From Planctomycetota bacterium (GTDB lineage: Bacteria > Planctomycetota > UBA11346): a DNA stretch of 64,000 bases. This document shows, piece after piece, positions 41,225 through 50,795 of this stretch. A model generated the notes under the pieces. The model was not told where the DNA came from. It did not search any database and worked only from the letters and a program-made list of their open reading frames with translations. The position numbers were made by a program, and so were the translations under genes. Position 1 is the stretch's first letter. Every line of letters starts with the position of its first letter. The stretch is from NCBI GenBank assembly GCA_038213805.1, contig JBBQSO010000006.1:32001-96000 (forward strand), given 5' to 3'.

Positions 41225-42952
41225 TCACTCTTTCCGCAGCGTGCGCATCCCCATCATGACCATCAGGCCTGCGAGCAGCGCGGTCGCTCCGCCCAGGCCA
41301 CAGCCACCGCCGTTTGCGCTGGTGACCCCGGCCGGGGGTGGGCCGCTGGTCGTGCCGGTCGGTGCGGCGTTCACCGTGATGGTCACGCTGGATGAGGTGG
41401 CGACGCCGCTCGGACCGCTGGCCTGGGCGGTAAGGACATAGGTGCCAGCGGATACCGGGGTCCAGGTATCGGAATACGGCGCGCTGGTCGCGGTGGCGAT
41501 GGGGATGCCGTCGTGGCTGAAGGTCACCGCGGTGACCGCGCCCGCGCTGTCCGTGGCGGTCGCAGTGAGCGTGATGGTCGCGGGTGCGGTGAACGTCGTG
41601 CCCACGCCGGGAGTGGTCATGACGACCGCCACCGTGCCCACCGTGCCGCCGCCGCCCGTGGTGCCGCCGCCGCCACCGCCCCCACCACCTCCGCCGACGA
41701 CGACGCTGGAAGCGAACGCATACGCGCCCGCGTCCACGCCGCCCACATCGGCGCGCGCGCTCAGCGCGCCGACATCGTCATACATGAACGTCGGGGTGCC
41801 CGACTGGCTGGCGCCTGCGCCATCGAAGTAGGTCGCACCCGGGGTGCCGAGGCCGCGCGCGGTGGAGGACGAGAGCAGGTGCAGGTCGCTGAATGACGCG
41901 ACGAAGCCAGGGTCCGCGCCCAGCAGCCCGGTGAAGCCGGACGGCACCGTCGCGCCGGTCGGCATCCAGTTGCCGGAACCGGTCACTGATCCGGTGGTGC
42001 CGTCGGCGATGCGGGCGCTGCCGACCATGATGTTGCCGCGCGCGACGATCGCCGACTCCGAGCGGCTGGCACTGAGGAAGATGTTGCTCGACGCGCCCGC
42101 GATGAAGGTGTTGTTGAACGCATAGAGCGTGCCCTGGTGGGCGTTGCCGCTCTCCCCCCCGAACAGCACGAAGCGTCCGCTGTTCCAGCCGGATCCGCGC
42201 ACCTTGCTGATCACGACGTTGCCGATCATCACCGCGTTGCTGTTCGCCGCGGCGGTCTCGGGGCTGTCGACCATGCCGATCTCGCCATCCTGGGAATCGG
42301 CGATGCGGTTGTAGAGCAGGGAGACGAAGTGCGCGCGGGTCTTGACGTTCTGCCCGAACAGCGCGTCGTGGATGGAGCAGCCACGGAAGGTGACGCGTCC
42401 GCCGCCGACGTAGATGTTGTGGCTGAAGCCTGAGAACGACGCGGTGCCGTTGTGGTCGATTTCGCAGCCGTCGACCAGCAGGCCGTCGTGGCCGTCAGCC
42501 ATGATGCCCATGTCGTTGTCGTGCAGCCGGCAGTCGCGTACCACGATGCCGTTGATGCCGGCTCCGGTCACGCGCACGCCCGCCCCGTCATTGCTATTGC
42601 GCGCATTGATGAACTCGAGGTGCTCGACCACTACGTTGCTGCCTTCGATCTGGAAGACCGCGCGCGGGTTGGGCATGGCGCCATCAACGGTGAAGCCGCT
42701 GGCGTCGATCACCGGACGGGTGGTGCCCAGGCCGCGGATGGTGATCGGGCTGCCGACCGTGCCGGAGGCCGTCCAGCGCCGCACCTCGTTGTAGGTGCCG
42801 GGCCCGATCTCGACGACGTCCCCGGGCACCAGGGCGGGCAGTGCCGCGAGGGTGGCGAAGGGCTGGCCGGCGCCGACCTCGTACGTGGCCGTCTGGGCGA
42901 GCCCGACGCAGGCCAGCAGGGCGATGAGGGGGGTGCGGGCGCGCAGGGTCAT
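41225..42952 (-). CDS. Secreted right-handed beta-helix (pectate-lyase-like) protein with Ig domain and Cys-containing C-terminal sorting signal
   Basis: Signal peptide; PGDVVEIGPGTY, HNIY, GQNVKTR, DAGAY; Gly linker; Ig domain; GGGCGLGG + TM + basic tail. Confidence 0.85.
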   Translation of the reverse strand: MTLRARTPLIALLACVGLAQTATYEVGAGQPFATLAALPALVPGDVVEIGPGTYNEVRRWTASGTVGSPITIRGLGTTRPVIDASGFTVDGAMPNPRAVFQIEGSNVVVEHLEFINARNSNDGAGVRVTGAGINGIVVRDCRLHDNDMGIMADGHDGLLVDGCEIDHNGTASFSGFSHNIYVGGGRVTFRGCSIHDALFGQNVKTRAHFVSLLYNRIADSQDGEIGMVDSPETAAANSNAVMIGNVVISKVRGSGWNSGRFVLFGGESGNAHQGTLYAFNNTFIAGASSNIFLSASRSESAIVARGNIMVGSARIADGTTGSVTGSGNWMPTGATVPSGFTGLLGADPGFVASFSDLHLLSSSTARGLGTPGATYFDGAGASQSGTPTFMYDDVGALSARADVGGVDAGAYAFASSVVVGGGGGGGGGGGTTGGGGTVGTVAVVMTTPGVGTTFTAPATITLTATATDSAGAVTAVTFSHDGIPIATATSAPYSDTWTPVSAGTYVLTAQASGPSGVATSSSVTITVNAAPTGTTSGPPPAGVTSANGGGCGLGGATALLAGLMVMMGMRTLRKE

Positions 42953-42966
42953 GGCGATCTCCGCCC

Positions 42967-42995
42967 CATCTCTCCTACCCCCCACGCATCGTTAC
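42967..42995 (-). promoter_or_regulatory. Candidate ECF promoter GTAACG-N14-GGAGAGATG for the beta-helix gene
   Basis: Same motif and spacing as the divergent copy at 43055-43083. Confidence 0.6.
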
Positions 42996-43054
42996 CGGCG
43001 CCGTGGCGGATCCCGGTTGACCACGCCGGTCGTCCCGGGGTACTCATGGGGCAT

Positions 43055-43083
43055 GTAACGTTCCGGTGCGCCGGGGAGAGATG
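43055..43083 (+). promoter_or_regulatory. Candidate autoregulatory ECF promoter GTAACG-N14-GGAGAGATG
   Basis: AAC-containing -35-like element typical of ECF promoters; twin copy on the opposite strand. Confidence 0.6.
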
Positions 43084-43095
43084 CTGCAACCCGCC

Positions 43096-43614
43096 ATGCT
43101 CGACGCCGACCAGGAACGCTTTACCAGCCTGTGGACGCAGGCGCACCCATCCATCGCCGGCTACGTCGCCGCGCTGGTCCCGGAGCGCAGCGCGGCCGAC
43201 GACGTCCTGCAGGAGACCGCCCTGACCCTGCTGCGCACCTTCGCGGAGTACGATCCTAGCCGGCCCTTCATCGCTTGGGCGATGGGGGTGGCGCGCATCG
43301 CCGTGCTCACCCGCCGCCGCGACCACGCGCGGGCCCGCTCGCGCTTCAGCGCCCCCGCCGCCGTGGCGCTCGCCGAAGCCTGGCAGGAGCTCCAGCCGGT
43401 GGCCGACGACCGCCGCCACGCCCTGGCGGAATGCCTGCGCGGGGTCGCCGGCCGCGGGCGCGAACTGCTCGCCCTGCGCTATGAGCAGGACCTTCCGCCC
43501 CAGGACATCGCTCCGCGCCTGGGCATGACGGCGGTGGCGGTGCGGGTCGCGCTCTGCCGCCTGCGGGCGGGGCTGCACGCCTGCATCGAAAAACGCCTGG
43601 GCGGCCAGGCATGA
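43096..43614 (+). CDS. ECF RNA polymerase sigma factor (PVC-type)
   Basis: ADDVLQET, YDPSRPFIAWAMGVAR, LRY...IA.RLG...VRVALCRLR; alternative start at 43081. Confidence 0.93.
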   Translation: MLDADQERFTSLWTQAHPSIAGYVAALVPERSAADDVLQETALTLLRTFAEYDPSRPFIAWAMGVARIAVLTRRRDHARARSRFSAPAAVALAEAWQELQPVADDRRHALAECLRGVAGRGRELLALRYEQDLPPQDIAPRLGMTAVAVRVALCRLRAGLHACIEKRLGGQA

Positions 43615-45551
43615 GTCCGCCGCCGGACCCCGACAGCCTGATCAGCGCCCACCTCGACGGCGAACTCGACGATGCGGGCCACCGCGCGCTCGAGGCCTGG
43701 CTGCTCGCCGACCGCGCGCATCAGCGCCGCTTCCTCCTCGCGGTCATGGACCATCGCGCCATGGCGCGGTCGCTCGCCGCCCGACCGGCCCTGACCATGC
43801 GCACCGCGCGCCTGATGCGCCGTCGTCGTGGACTGCGCGTCGCCTCCTGGTCCGGTGCGGGCCTCGCCGCCGCGCTCATCATCGGACTCACCGTCCTGCT
43901 GTGGCCCACCGGCGCCGCGCCGGGACCGCACCTGCAGGTTGCGGGCGCCAGCGCTGCGCCAGGCCCGCGCCTGCAGATGACGGACACCCACGTTCCCGCC
44001 CAGCGCCTGGAAGCCGGTGCCGCGGTCACGGTCGCGCCCGGCAGCGGTGCCGTGCTGCTGTACGACGACGGTAGCCGCGTGGACCTGGATGCCGGCAGCG
44101 CGCTCTCCGTCACCGGTACACACCTGACCCTGCAGCACGGCCGCCTCGCCGCGAGCGTCGCGCACCAGGCTGCCGGCCAGCCCTTCATCATCACCACGCC
44201 CAACGCCACCGTGACTGTGCTGGGTACCATGCTGGACGTCGCCACCGACGGGGTCGAGAGCGTGGTCGCGGTCACCCGCGGCCGGGTGGCGGTCGAGCGT
44301 AGCGGCGACGCGGCGCGCCTTGAGGTCGGCGCCGGTGAGCGCAGCGTGGTGACGGTGGGCGGCCCGCTGGTGGCGCACGCTGCCGATGCCCCGGATGGCC
44401 GGCTCCTGCGCGTCGGCCCCGGTCAGCCATTCGCCACCCTCGCCGAGCTGCCAGCGCTCGCCCCCGGCGACGTGGTCGAACTCCAGCCCGGCACCCACCA
44501 CGGCGCCTGGCGTCTGGCCGCGCTTGGCACTGCGCTGCGCCCGGTCACCATCCGCGGCGCCCCGGGCGCTCCGCCGCTCATCGCCGCCGAGGGCCTGGTC
44601 CTCAGCGGTGCCGGCACGGTGCCGCGCGCCGCGCTCCAGCTCGAGGGCGGCCACTGGCGCGTCCAGCACCTCGCCATCGCGGACGCGCACAACGGCGAGA
44701 ACGCCGCCGGCATCCGCCTGGTCGAGGTGCGCGGCGCCATGCTCAGCGACTGCCGCATCACGCGCTGCGACCAGGGCATCGACGCGGTCGGCGAGCGCGT
44801 CGCGATCGAGGACTGCGACGTCGGCGGCTGCGGCACCGCGGGCGCCCAGGGCCGCTGCCGGGCGCTCAGCGTCTTCGCCGATGAGGCGCTGGTGCGCGGC
44901 TGCCTGCTCCACGACCAGCTCTTCGGTCAGTCGCTGCGCAGCACCTGTGCGCGGTTGGAGCTGGTCGCCAACCGCATCATCGCCGCGGCCGACGGCGAGA
45001 TCAGCATCGCTACCGGCGCGCAGCCGACCACTGCGATCCTGAGCGGCAACTTGATCGTCAGCAGCGCTGCGCGCCCCGACAACAGCATGCGTTTCATCCT
45101 GGTGGAAGGTGAGGGTGCGGGTGTCCTGCAGCTGATCGGCAACACCTGTGTGGCCGCCGACGCGCGCATCGTCTTTCTCATTCCGGGCCGCCTGGCGGTC
45201 GCCGCGGACGGCAACATCTTCACCGGCAGCGGACGCATCGCCGAGGCCGGCCGGGTCGAGGGCTACCGCAACTGGCTGCCGTCCGGCGCCACCGTGCCGG
45301 CGGGCTTCCGCGACTCACGCAGCGCCGCTGCGCCAGGCTTCCGTGATGAGGCGCAGGGCGATTACAGCCTGGCGCCGGATTCACCGTGCCGCAACACGGT
45401 CCGGGACATGTGGAGCCAGGATGTCGATGCCCCGCATGCGCCGGGCACCGTCGGTGGTCTGCTGCCCAAGCGCATGCCGGCCGCGCTCAACAAGGCGGGC
45501 AGCCGGGCGCGTACCGCACGCACGGATATGGGGGCATTCGAGGACGGGTGA
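43611..45551 (+). CDS. FecR-type anti-sigma factor with C-terminal beta-helix sensor domain
   Basis: LISAHLDGEL anti-sigma N-terminus, TM helix, FecR core (DGSRV...PFIITTPNATVTVLGT...V.RGRV), then a beta-helix homologous to the neighbouring enzyme. Confidence 0.9.
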   Translation: MSPPPDPDSLISAHLDGELDDAGHRALEAWLLADRAHQRRFLLAVMDHRAMARSLAARPALTMRTARLMRRRRGLRVASWSGAGLAAALIIGLTVLLWPTGAAPGPHLQVAGASAAPGPRLQMTDTHVPAQRLEAGAAVTVAPGSGAVLLYDDGSRVDLDAGSALSVTGTHLTLQHGRLAASVAHQAAGQPFIITTPNATVTVLGTMLDVATDGVESVVAVTRGRVAVERSGDAARLEVGAGERSVVTVGGPLVAHAADAPDGRLLRVGPGQPFATLAELPALAPGDVVELQPGTHHGAWRLAALGTALRPVTIRGAPGAPPLIAAEGLVLSGAGTVPRAALQLEGGHWRVQHLAIADAHNGENAAGIRLVEVRGAMLSDCRITRCDQGIDAVGERVAIEDCDVGGCGTAGAQGRCRALSVFADEALVRGCLLHDQLFGQSLRSTCARLELVANRIIAAADGEISIATGAQPTTAILSGNLIVSSAARPDNSMRFILVEGEGAGVLQLIGNTCVAADARIVFLIPGRLAVAADGNIFTGSGRIAEAGRVEGYRNWLPSGATVPAGFRDSRSAAAPGFRDEAQGDYSLAPDSPCRNTVRDMWSQDVDAPHAPGTVGGLLPKRMPAALNKAGSRARTARTDMGAFEDG

Positions 45552-45552
45552 G

Positions 45553-46218
45553 TCAGCCCGCGAGATGCGCCGCGATACGCTCGCGGTCGTCCGCGCTGAG
45601 ATGGCGCCGCCCATCGATATCGTTGGCCGCCAGGTGATCGGCCGCCTCGCTGATGGTGATGATCGGCGCCACCACCACGCCCAGGTCGCGGTGCAGCTCC
45701 TGGATCGCGGTCAGGTCACCTTGGCCGCGCTCCTGGCGGTCGACGGCGACCACCGCGCCCAGCACGCGCGCGCCGCTCGGCTGCAGCTTGGCCAACGACT
45801 CGCGCAGCGCGGTACCCGCAGTCAGGACGTCATCGACGATCACCACCGGCGTGCCCGCGACCAGCGGCGCGCCGACGAACAGGCCGCCGTCGCCATGGGT
45901 CTTGGCCTCTTTGCGGTCGTAGGTCCAGCCCACCTCGCGCCGGACCAGCACTTCGTAGGCCTGGGCGGTGGCGAGAGCCAGGGGGATGCCCTTGTAGGCC
46001 GGCCCGAACACCACCTGCACCCCGTCGCCGAAGCGCGCCAGCACGGTCGCGGCATAGGCCGCGCCCAGGCGCGCCAGGTCGCCGCCCTGGTTGAAGCATC
46101 CGGTGTTGATGAAATAGGGGCTCTTGCGCCCCGACTTCAGGGTGAAGTCGCCAAACTTCAGGGCCTGGCGCCGGACCAGCAGCGCGACGAAGTCGCGCTG
46201 CGCAACCGACAGGGTCAT
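45553..46218 (-). CDS. pyrE: Orotate phosphoribosyltransferase
   Basis: [45 protein letters not shown]. Confidence 0.98.
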   Translation of the reverse strand: MTLSVAQRDFVALLVRRQALKFGDFTLKSGRKSPYFINTGCFNQGGDLARLGAAYAATVLARFGDGVQVVFGPAYKGIPLALATAQAYEVLVRREVGWTYDRKEAKTHGDGGLFVGAPLVAGTPVVIVDDVLTAGTALRESLAKLQPSGARVLGAVVAVDRQERGQGDLTAIQELHRDLGVVVAPIITISEAADHLAANDIDGRRHLSADDRERIAAHLAG

Positions 46219-46670
46219 CCCTCGACGATTTCGACGCTGAAGCGGTCGCCCTGCTTGACCGCGAGCACGACCTTGAGGTCGGCGGGGCCCGCGATGCGGC
46301 CGAACACGGTGTGCACGCCGTCGAGGTGCGGGGTGGCGGCGTGGGTCAGGAAGAACTGGCTGCCGCCGGTATCCTTGCCAGCGTGGGCCATGCTCAGCGT
46401 GCCGGGCGAGTGCTTCTCAGGATTGTTGGTGGTCTCGCACTTGATGTTCCACCCCGGGCCGCCGGTGCCGGGTGCGCCGCGCGCGCCGGCTTTGGTGTTG
46501 GGGCAGCCGCCCTGAATGACGAAGCCCTGGATCACGCGGTGGAAGGCGAGCTGGTCGTAAAAGCCGGCCTTGGCCAGCTTGATGAAGTTTTCGACGGTCT
46601 TGGGCGCGACCTTCGAGAACAGCTCGACGGTGATGTCGCCGCGCGGGGTGTGGAAGAGGGCTTTGGTCAT
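46215..46670 (-). CDS. Cyclophilin-type peptidyl-prolyl isomerase
   Basis: [47 protein letters not shown]. Confidence 0.96.
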   Translation of the reverse strand: MTKALFHTPRGDITVELFSKVAPKTVENFIKLAKAGFYDQLAFHRVIQGFVIQGGCPNTKAGARGAPGTGGPGWNIKCETTNNPEKHSPGTLSMAHAGKDTGGSQFFLTHAATPHLDGVHTVFGRIAGPADLKVVLAVKQGDRFSVEIVEG

Positions 46671-46767
46671 GGCTGCTCGCAGGGGTGGGTGGGCGGCGAT
46701 GGTCGAGTGGACTGCGGAGCGCGCAAGAGGCGGCCAGCCACGGCGGCCCGGCCGGGCCCCGTGCGCG

Positions 46768-46817
46768 TTGACAGGGGGTCGCCAGGGATTCACATATCAG
46801 AAGCCTATCGAAATAGG
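46768..46817 (+). promoter_or_regulatory. TTGACA -35 element plus palindrome CCTAT-CGAA-ATAGG (candidate Rrf2 operator)
   Basis: Consensus -35 at 46768; dyad at 46804-46817 upstream of the Rrf2 gene. Confidence 0.45.
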
Positions 46818-46886
46818 GGATTTGCCGCAGGGTCGGGGTGCCGACTGTGGGTGGATCGGGCCGCTCGGCGTCCAGAACCAGGGGCC

Positions 46887-47309
46887 ATGCTCACCAACCG
46901 CGCCAAGTATGCGATCAAGGCCCTGCTCCACCTCGCCCGCCACCGTGGCGAGGGGCCGGTGCAGGCCGGCATGATCGCCAAGGCGGAGCAGATCCCGCCC
47001 AAGTTCCTGGAGCTGATCCTGCTCCAGCTGCGCAACCACGGCATCATCCGCAGCAAGGTCGGCAAGGGCGGCGGCCACGAGATGGCGCGCGAGCCCGCCG
47101 ACATCAATTTGCTGACCGTGGTGCGCGCCATCGACGGCCCGGTCGCGCCACTGCCCTGCCTGAGCGTCACCGCCTACGCGCGCTGCGACGATTGCGAAGA
47201 CGAGAAGAACTGCGGCGCGCGGCACCTATTCCGCGGCGTGCACGATGCCGCCCTCGAGGTCATGTCGCGGACCACGCTCGCCGACGCAGTCACGGTCAAG
47301 GGTCGCTGA
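46887..47309 (+). CDS. Rrf2 family transcriptional regulator
   Basis: KYAIKAL, IPPKFLELIL, GKGGG, IDGPVAPLPC...CDDC.....C. Confidence 0.95.
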   Translation: MLTNRAKYAIKALLHLARHRGEGPVQAGMIAKAEQIPPKFLELILLQLRNHGIIRSKVGKGGGHEMAREPADINLLTVVRAIDGPVAPLPCLSVTAYARCDDCEDEKNCGARHLFRGVHDAALEVMSRTTLADAVTVKGR

Positions 47310-47339
47310 GTCTGTCCGGGCGGCGCGCGTCACGCGCCA

Positions 47340-47771
47340 TCAGGCCTTCCGCTTCGGCAACCCGGCGCTCATGGTGCCGCTGAAGTTCACCGCTTCGGCG
47401 GGCTTGTCCTTCGGGCGGCGCGTGATCGAGCCGTGGATCGCCTTGCCGTCGACCGAGCCCTCGATCACGATCGCGATGCCGTCGCTGGTCGTGCCGGTGC
47501 CTTCGAAGGTGGTCTCGGGGCTCTTCTTCTTGCGCTTGACCGTATAGGTGACCTTGGCGTCGCCGAGCAGCTTGCCGCTGGCGGTGGTGGCGTCGAAGGT
47601 GATCACCGTCGCGGGGTCCTTCTTGTGCTCGTCGCCGACCGCACGCACGGTGAAGCCGCAACCCGTGAGGTCCTGGGCGGGTTCCGGTTTGGCGTCCGCG
47701 GCAACCGCGCAGGCGTTCGTCACGATCAGCAGCAGGCAGGCGAGGAAGGAGGTCACGGCGGTGTTCAGCAT
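47340..47771 (-). CDS. Hypothetical secreted beta-rich protein
   Basis: Signal peptide; typical codon usage. Confidence 0.65.
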   Translation of the reverse strand: MLNTAVTSFLACLLLIVTNACAVAADAKPEPAQDLTGCGFTVRAVGDEHKKDPATVITFDATTASGKLLGDAKVTYTVKRKKKSPETTFEGTGTTSDGIAIVIEGSVDGKAIHGSITRRPKDKPAEAVNFSGTMSAGLPKRKA

Positions 47772-47943
47772 CGATATGCTTCTTCAGGTGGTTCGAGGTG
47801 GGGAGATGCGGATGCGCGTGCCGGCATGACCGGGTCCGCTGCCAAGGCGATAGCGTTTTTCACGCTGCTGTAAAGCGCTGGCCGGTGACTCTGGTACATC
47901 GAAAACCGGAATTCCCCCTGAGTTGCGGGCATCTTCCACGGTT

Positions 47944-48035
47944 GATGCGGAGTCGACAGTGCAGGGTGCCGCAGACTCGCGGCTCCGACACATGCCCTTA
48001 TCCCCCGGTCACTCCGCACTCCGCACTCCGCACTC
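47944..48035. repeat. (CACTCCG)x3.7 at 48010-48035 with a degenerate inverted partner at 47944-47971
   Basis: Read directly. Confidence 0.7.
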
Positions 48036-48112
48036 ATCTCGTCACGCGGTCCCGAGGTCACCATACAGTGCCCCGTCCGCCTCGCTCGCCAGGCGGGCAT
48101 CGCGTCCCTGGT

Positions 48113-49255
48113 CTACCGTTTCGCCCGATGGAATTTCTCATGCGTCTCGCGCAGCAGCGCCGCGACGTCCACGCCCTCGGGCCAGCGGCGGCGCTCGAGC
48201 TTCGCCAGCGCCTCTTCGGTCGCATAGCCACCTGGGAACCAGTGGCCCTTGGCCTCGAGCATGTTGTAGCGGTAGAAGCCGAAGGTCTCCATGTCGTAGC
48301 ACTTCCACAGCCGGCGGAAGCGCAGCACCTCGGGGATGTTGATGCCCGAGGGATCGGGCATCAGCTCCCAACCTTCGTACGCGCTCTGGGGATCGACGCC
48401 GGCGCGCGCGTCGAGGGCCAGCTGGATGGCCAGGTCGCGCGCGCTGAGCGGGATCTGCACCGGGAAGGTGCCAAGCATCTCCGCGACATGCGCGGGCGCG
48501 GTCAGCCCAAACGACAAGGTGTGCACGTGCGGGGTGCGCAGGCAGAAGCGCGCGTTGAACTGGATCGGCGTCAGGGGCGCGCACAGCCGCGTCAGCAGCT
48601 CCGGCGGCGTGAACAGCTGACCGCCCTTGTCGTTGGGCGAGATGATGAACACGCCCATGTCGCGTGCGGCGGCCAGGGCGATCGCCGCCCAGTTGCGCTG
48701 GAAGAAGTAGTAATAGTGCAGGTTCACGAAGCTGAACAGCCCGGTCTCGATCGCCGCGCAGATCACCTCCAGCGGCGCATGCGTGCTGAAGCCGACCGCG
48801 CCGATCACGCCCTCGTCGCGCAGCTTCAGCAATTCCTCGACCGGGCCGCCCGCTGCGCACGCGCTGCGCATCAGCTCGGCATTGTTGAGTCCGTGCCAGG
48901 CGTAGAAGTCGATGTGGTCGGTCTTGAGCGTGCGCAGCTGCTCCGCGACCAGCCGCCGCGCCGCCTCCGCGGTCGCCGGCGCGCCCTTGGTCATCAGGTG
49001 GTAGCGGCTGCGCGGGATGCCCAGGTCATCGTTCAGCACCAGCCCATAGCAGGTCTCGCTCTTGATGTAGCCGTGCGCGGTCTCGATGTGGTTGACGCCC
49101 GCATCCAGCGCCTGGCGCACCATCGTCGCACATTCCTCGCGGGTGTCCGCCGGCACCTGCTCGCGTGGTGCGTCCCAGCCGTGCGCGAAGCGCATGCCGC
49201 CGAGCGTGATGACGCTGAGCATCTGGCCGGTCTGGCCGAAGCGGCGGTATTGCAT
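48113..49255 (-). CDS. Aldo/keto reductase with degenerate C-terminal Fe-S-like domain
   Basis: YRRFGQTG, LGGMR, NHIETAHGY, LKTDHIDF, VGFSTH; alternative start at 49297. Confidence 0.9.
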   Translation of the reverse strand: MQYRRFGQTGQMLSVITLGGMRFAHGWDAPREQVPADTREECATMVRQALDAGVNHIETAHGYIKSETCYGLVLNDDLGIPRSRYHLMTKGAPATAEAARRLVAEQLRTLKTDHIDFYAWHGLNNAELMRSACAAGGPVEELLKLRDEGVIGAVGFSTHAPLEVICAAIETGLFSFVNLHYYYFFQRNWAAIALAAARDMGVFIISPNDKGGQLFTPPELLTRLCAPLTPIQFNARFCLRTPHVHTLSFGLTAPAHVAEMLGTFPVQIPLSARDLAIQLALDARAGVDPQSAYEGWELMPDPSGINIPEVLRFRRLWKCYDMETFGFYRYNMLEAKGHWFPGGYATEEALAKLERRRWPEGVDVAALLRETHEKFHRAKR

Positions 49256-49366
49256 CGGCGCGCGCTGGTTGCGGATAGGAGGCGTGGGGGTGGTCATAGG
49301 GGTTGCCGGTAGGCGCAAGTTGCGAGATGCCAGAAAGACCGGGGCATGCGCATGCGCATGTCCGGA

Positions 49367-50743
49367 TCAGCTCGCGTCATACCCGGCACTGGGCTCGTTG
49401 AGACGCTGCGGCTGCGTCGTCAACACCTGCGCGCGCAGGCGGCCGTCGCTGACGCGGATGTCGATCGTGCTGCCGGGCGGGGCCTGGTCGAGGCGGCGGA
49501 CAAGCAGGCCGGCGTCGCTGCGCACCACGCTGTAACCGCGTGCGATGACGGCGAGGGGCGACAGCGCATCGAGCCGTCCGGCGGCGGTCGCCAGACGCTC
49601 TGCGCCGCGCTCGACTCGGCGCAGAGCGGCGGCGCGCAGCTGGCGGGTGGCGGCCACCAGCTGGTCGCGCGCACTGGCGATGCGGCGCGCCGGGCTGACG
49701 GCGCCGAGACGGGCCTGGGCGAGGCGCAGACGCGCGCGCCCGTCCTCAAGACTGCCGGCCATCACGGCGTCGAGGCGCGCGTGCTGCTCGTCGAGGCGCT
49801 GCCGGCGCAGCGCCAGCTGGTGGCCGGGGCCGGCCAGGGCGCGGTGCTTGGCGAGGCCGGCAAGGTGGCCGCGCATGGCGGCGACCATCCCATCCTTGAG
49901 TTCGCCAAGCCGCGCTTCGCCATCCCGGCACAGCTGGCGCAGCTCGGCGGCCACCGGCACCACCAGTTCGCCGGCGGCGGTCGGGGTCTTGGCGCGCAGG
50001 TCGGCGGCGAAATCGGCGAGGGTGGTGTCGGTCTCGTGGCCGACGGCGCTGACGATCGGCGTGGTGCAGGCGGCGAGGGCGCGCACCACCAACTCCTCGT
50101 TGAAGGCCCACAGGTCCTCGATGCTGCCGCCGCCGCGTGCGACCACGATCACGTCGACCAGCGGGTGCAGGTCGAGCCGGCCGATGGCTGCGGCGATCTG
50201 ACCGGCCGCCGCCGCGCCCTGGACCAGGCAGGGCGCGATCACCACCGGCATCGCCGGAAAGCGCGCGCGGATCGAATGCAGCAGATCGGCCAGCGCCGCG
50301 CTGCCCGTCGCGGTCGCGATGCCCACCGCGCGCGGCAGCAGCGGCAGCGGCAGCTTGCGCTCGTCCGCGAACAGCCCCGCCGCCTCCAGCCTGGCTTTCA
50401 GGGCCTCGAAGCGTGCCGCCAGATCACCCTGGCCCTGCGCCGTGATGCGCGTCGCGACCAGCTGGTACTGCCCGCGCGGTCCGTAGACCGACAGCGCGCC
50501 GCGCACCAGCACCTGCTCGCCTTCCCGGGGCAACGCGCCATTGCGCACCACGGCCGAACGCCACATCACCAGCCCGATCACCGCAGCGCTGTCCTTCAGC
50601 GTCGCATACAGATGCCCGCTTGGCGCGACCTTGACCTGCGACAGCTCGCCCTGCACCAGCACCGGCCCGAAATCCTCGAGCGCCAGCCCGATGCGCTGGG
50701 TCAGCGTGGCGACGGTGAGGGGGCGGTCGGGTTCCACGCGCAC
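49367..50743 (-). CDS. xseA: Exodeoxyribonuclease VII large subunit
   Basis: VQGELS, SGHLYATLKD, ARGGGSIEDLWAFN, SAVGHETD, LRAKTPTAA, LSPLAVIARGYS. Confidence 0.97.
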   Translation of the reverse strand: MRVEPDRPLTVATLTQRIGLALEDFGPVLVQGELSQVKVAPSGHLYATLKDSAAVIGLVMWRSAVVRNGALPREGEQVLVRGALSVYGPRGQYQLVATRITAQGQGDLAARFEALKARLEAAGLFADERKLPLPLLPRAVGIATATGSAALADLLHSIRARFPAMPVVIAPCLVQGAAAAGQIAAAIGRLDLHPLVDVIVVARGGGSIEDLWAFNEELVVRALAACTTPIVSAVGHETDTTLADFAADLRAKTPTAAGELVVPVAAELRQLCRDGEARLGELKDGMVAAMRGHLAGLAKHRALAGPGHQLALRRQRLDEQHARLDAVMAGSLEDGRARLRLAQARLGAVSPARRIASARDQLVAATRQLRAAALRRVERGAERLATAAGRLDALSPLAVIARGYSVVRSDAGLLVRRLDQAPPGSTIDIRVSDGRLRAQVLTTQPQRLNEPSAGYDAS

Positions 50744-50795
50744 ATTAGAGCGCGGGTGTGCGCGCGTGCTACCGGCCGCATGGCGGGTGGAGGCG

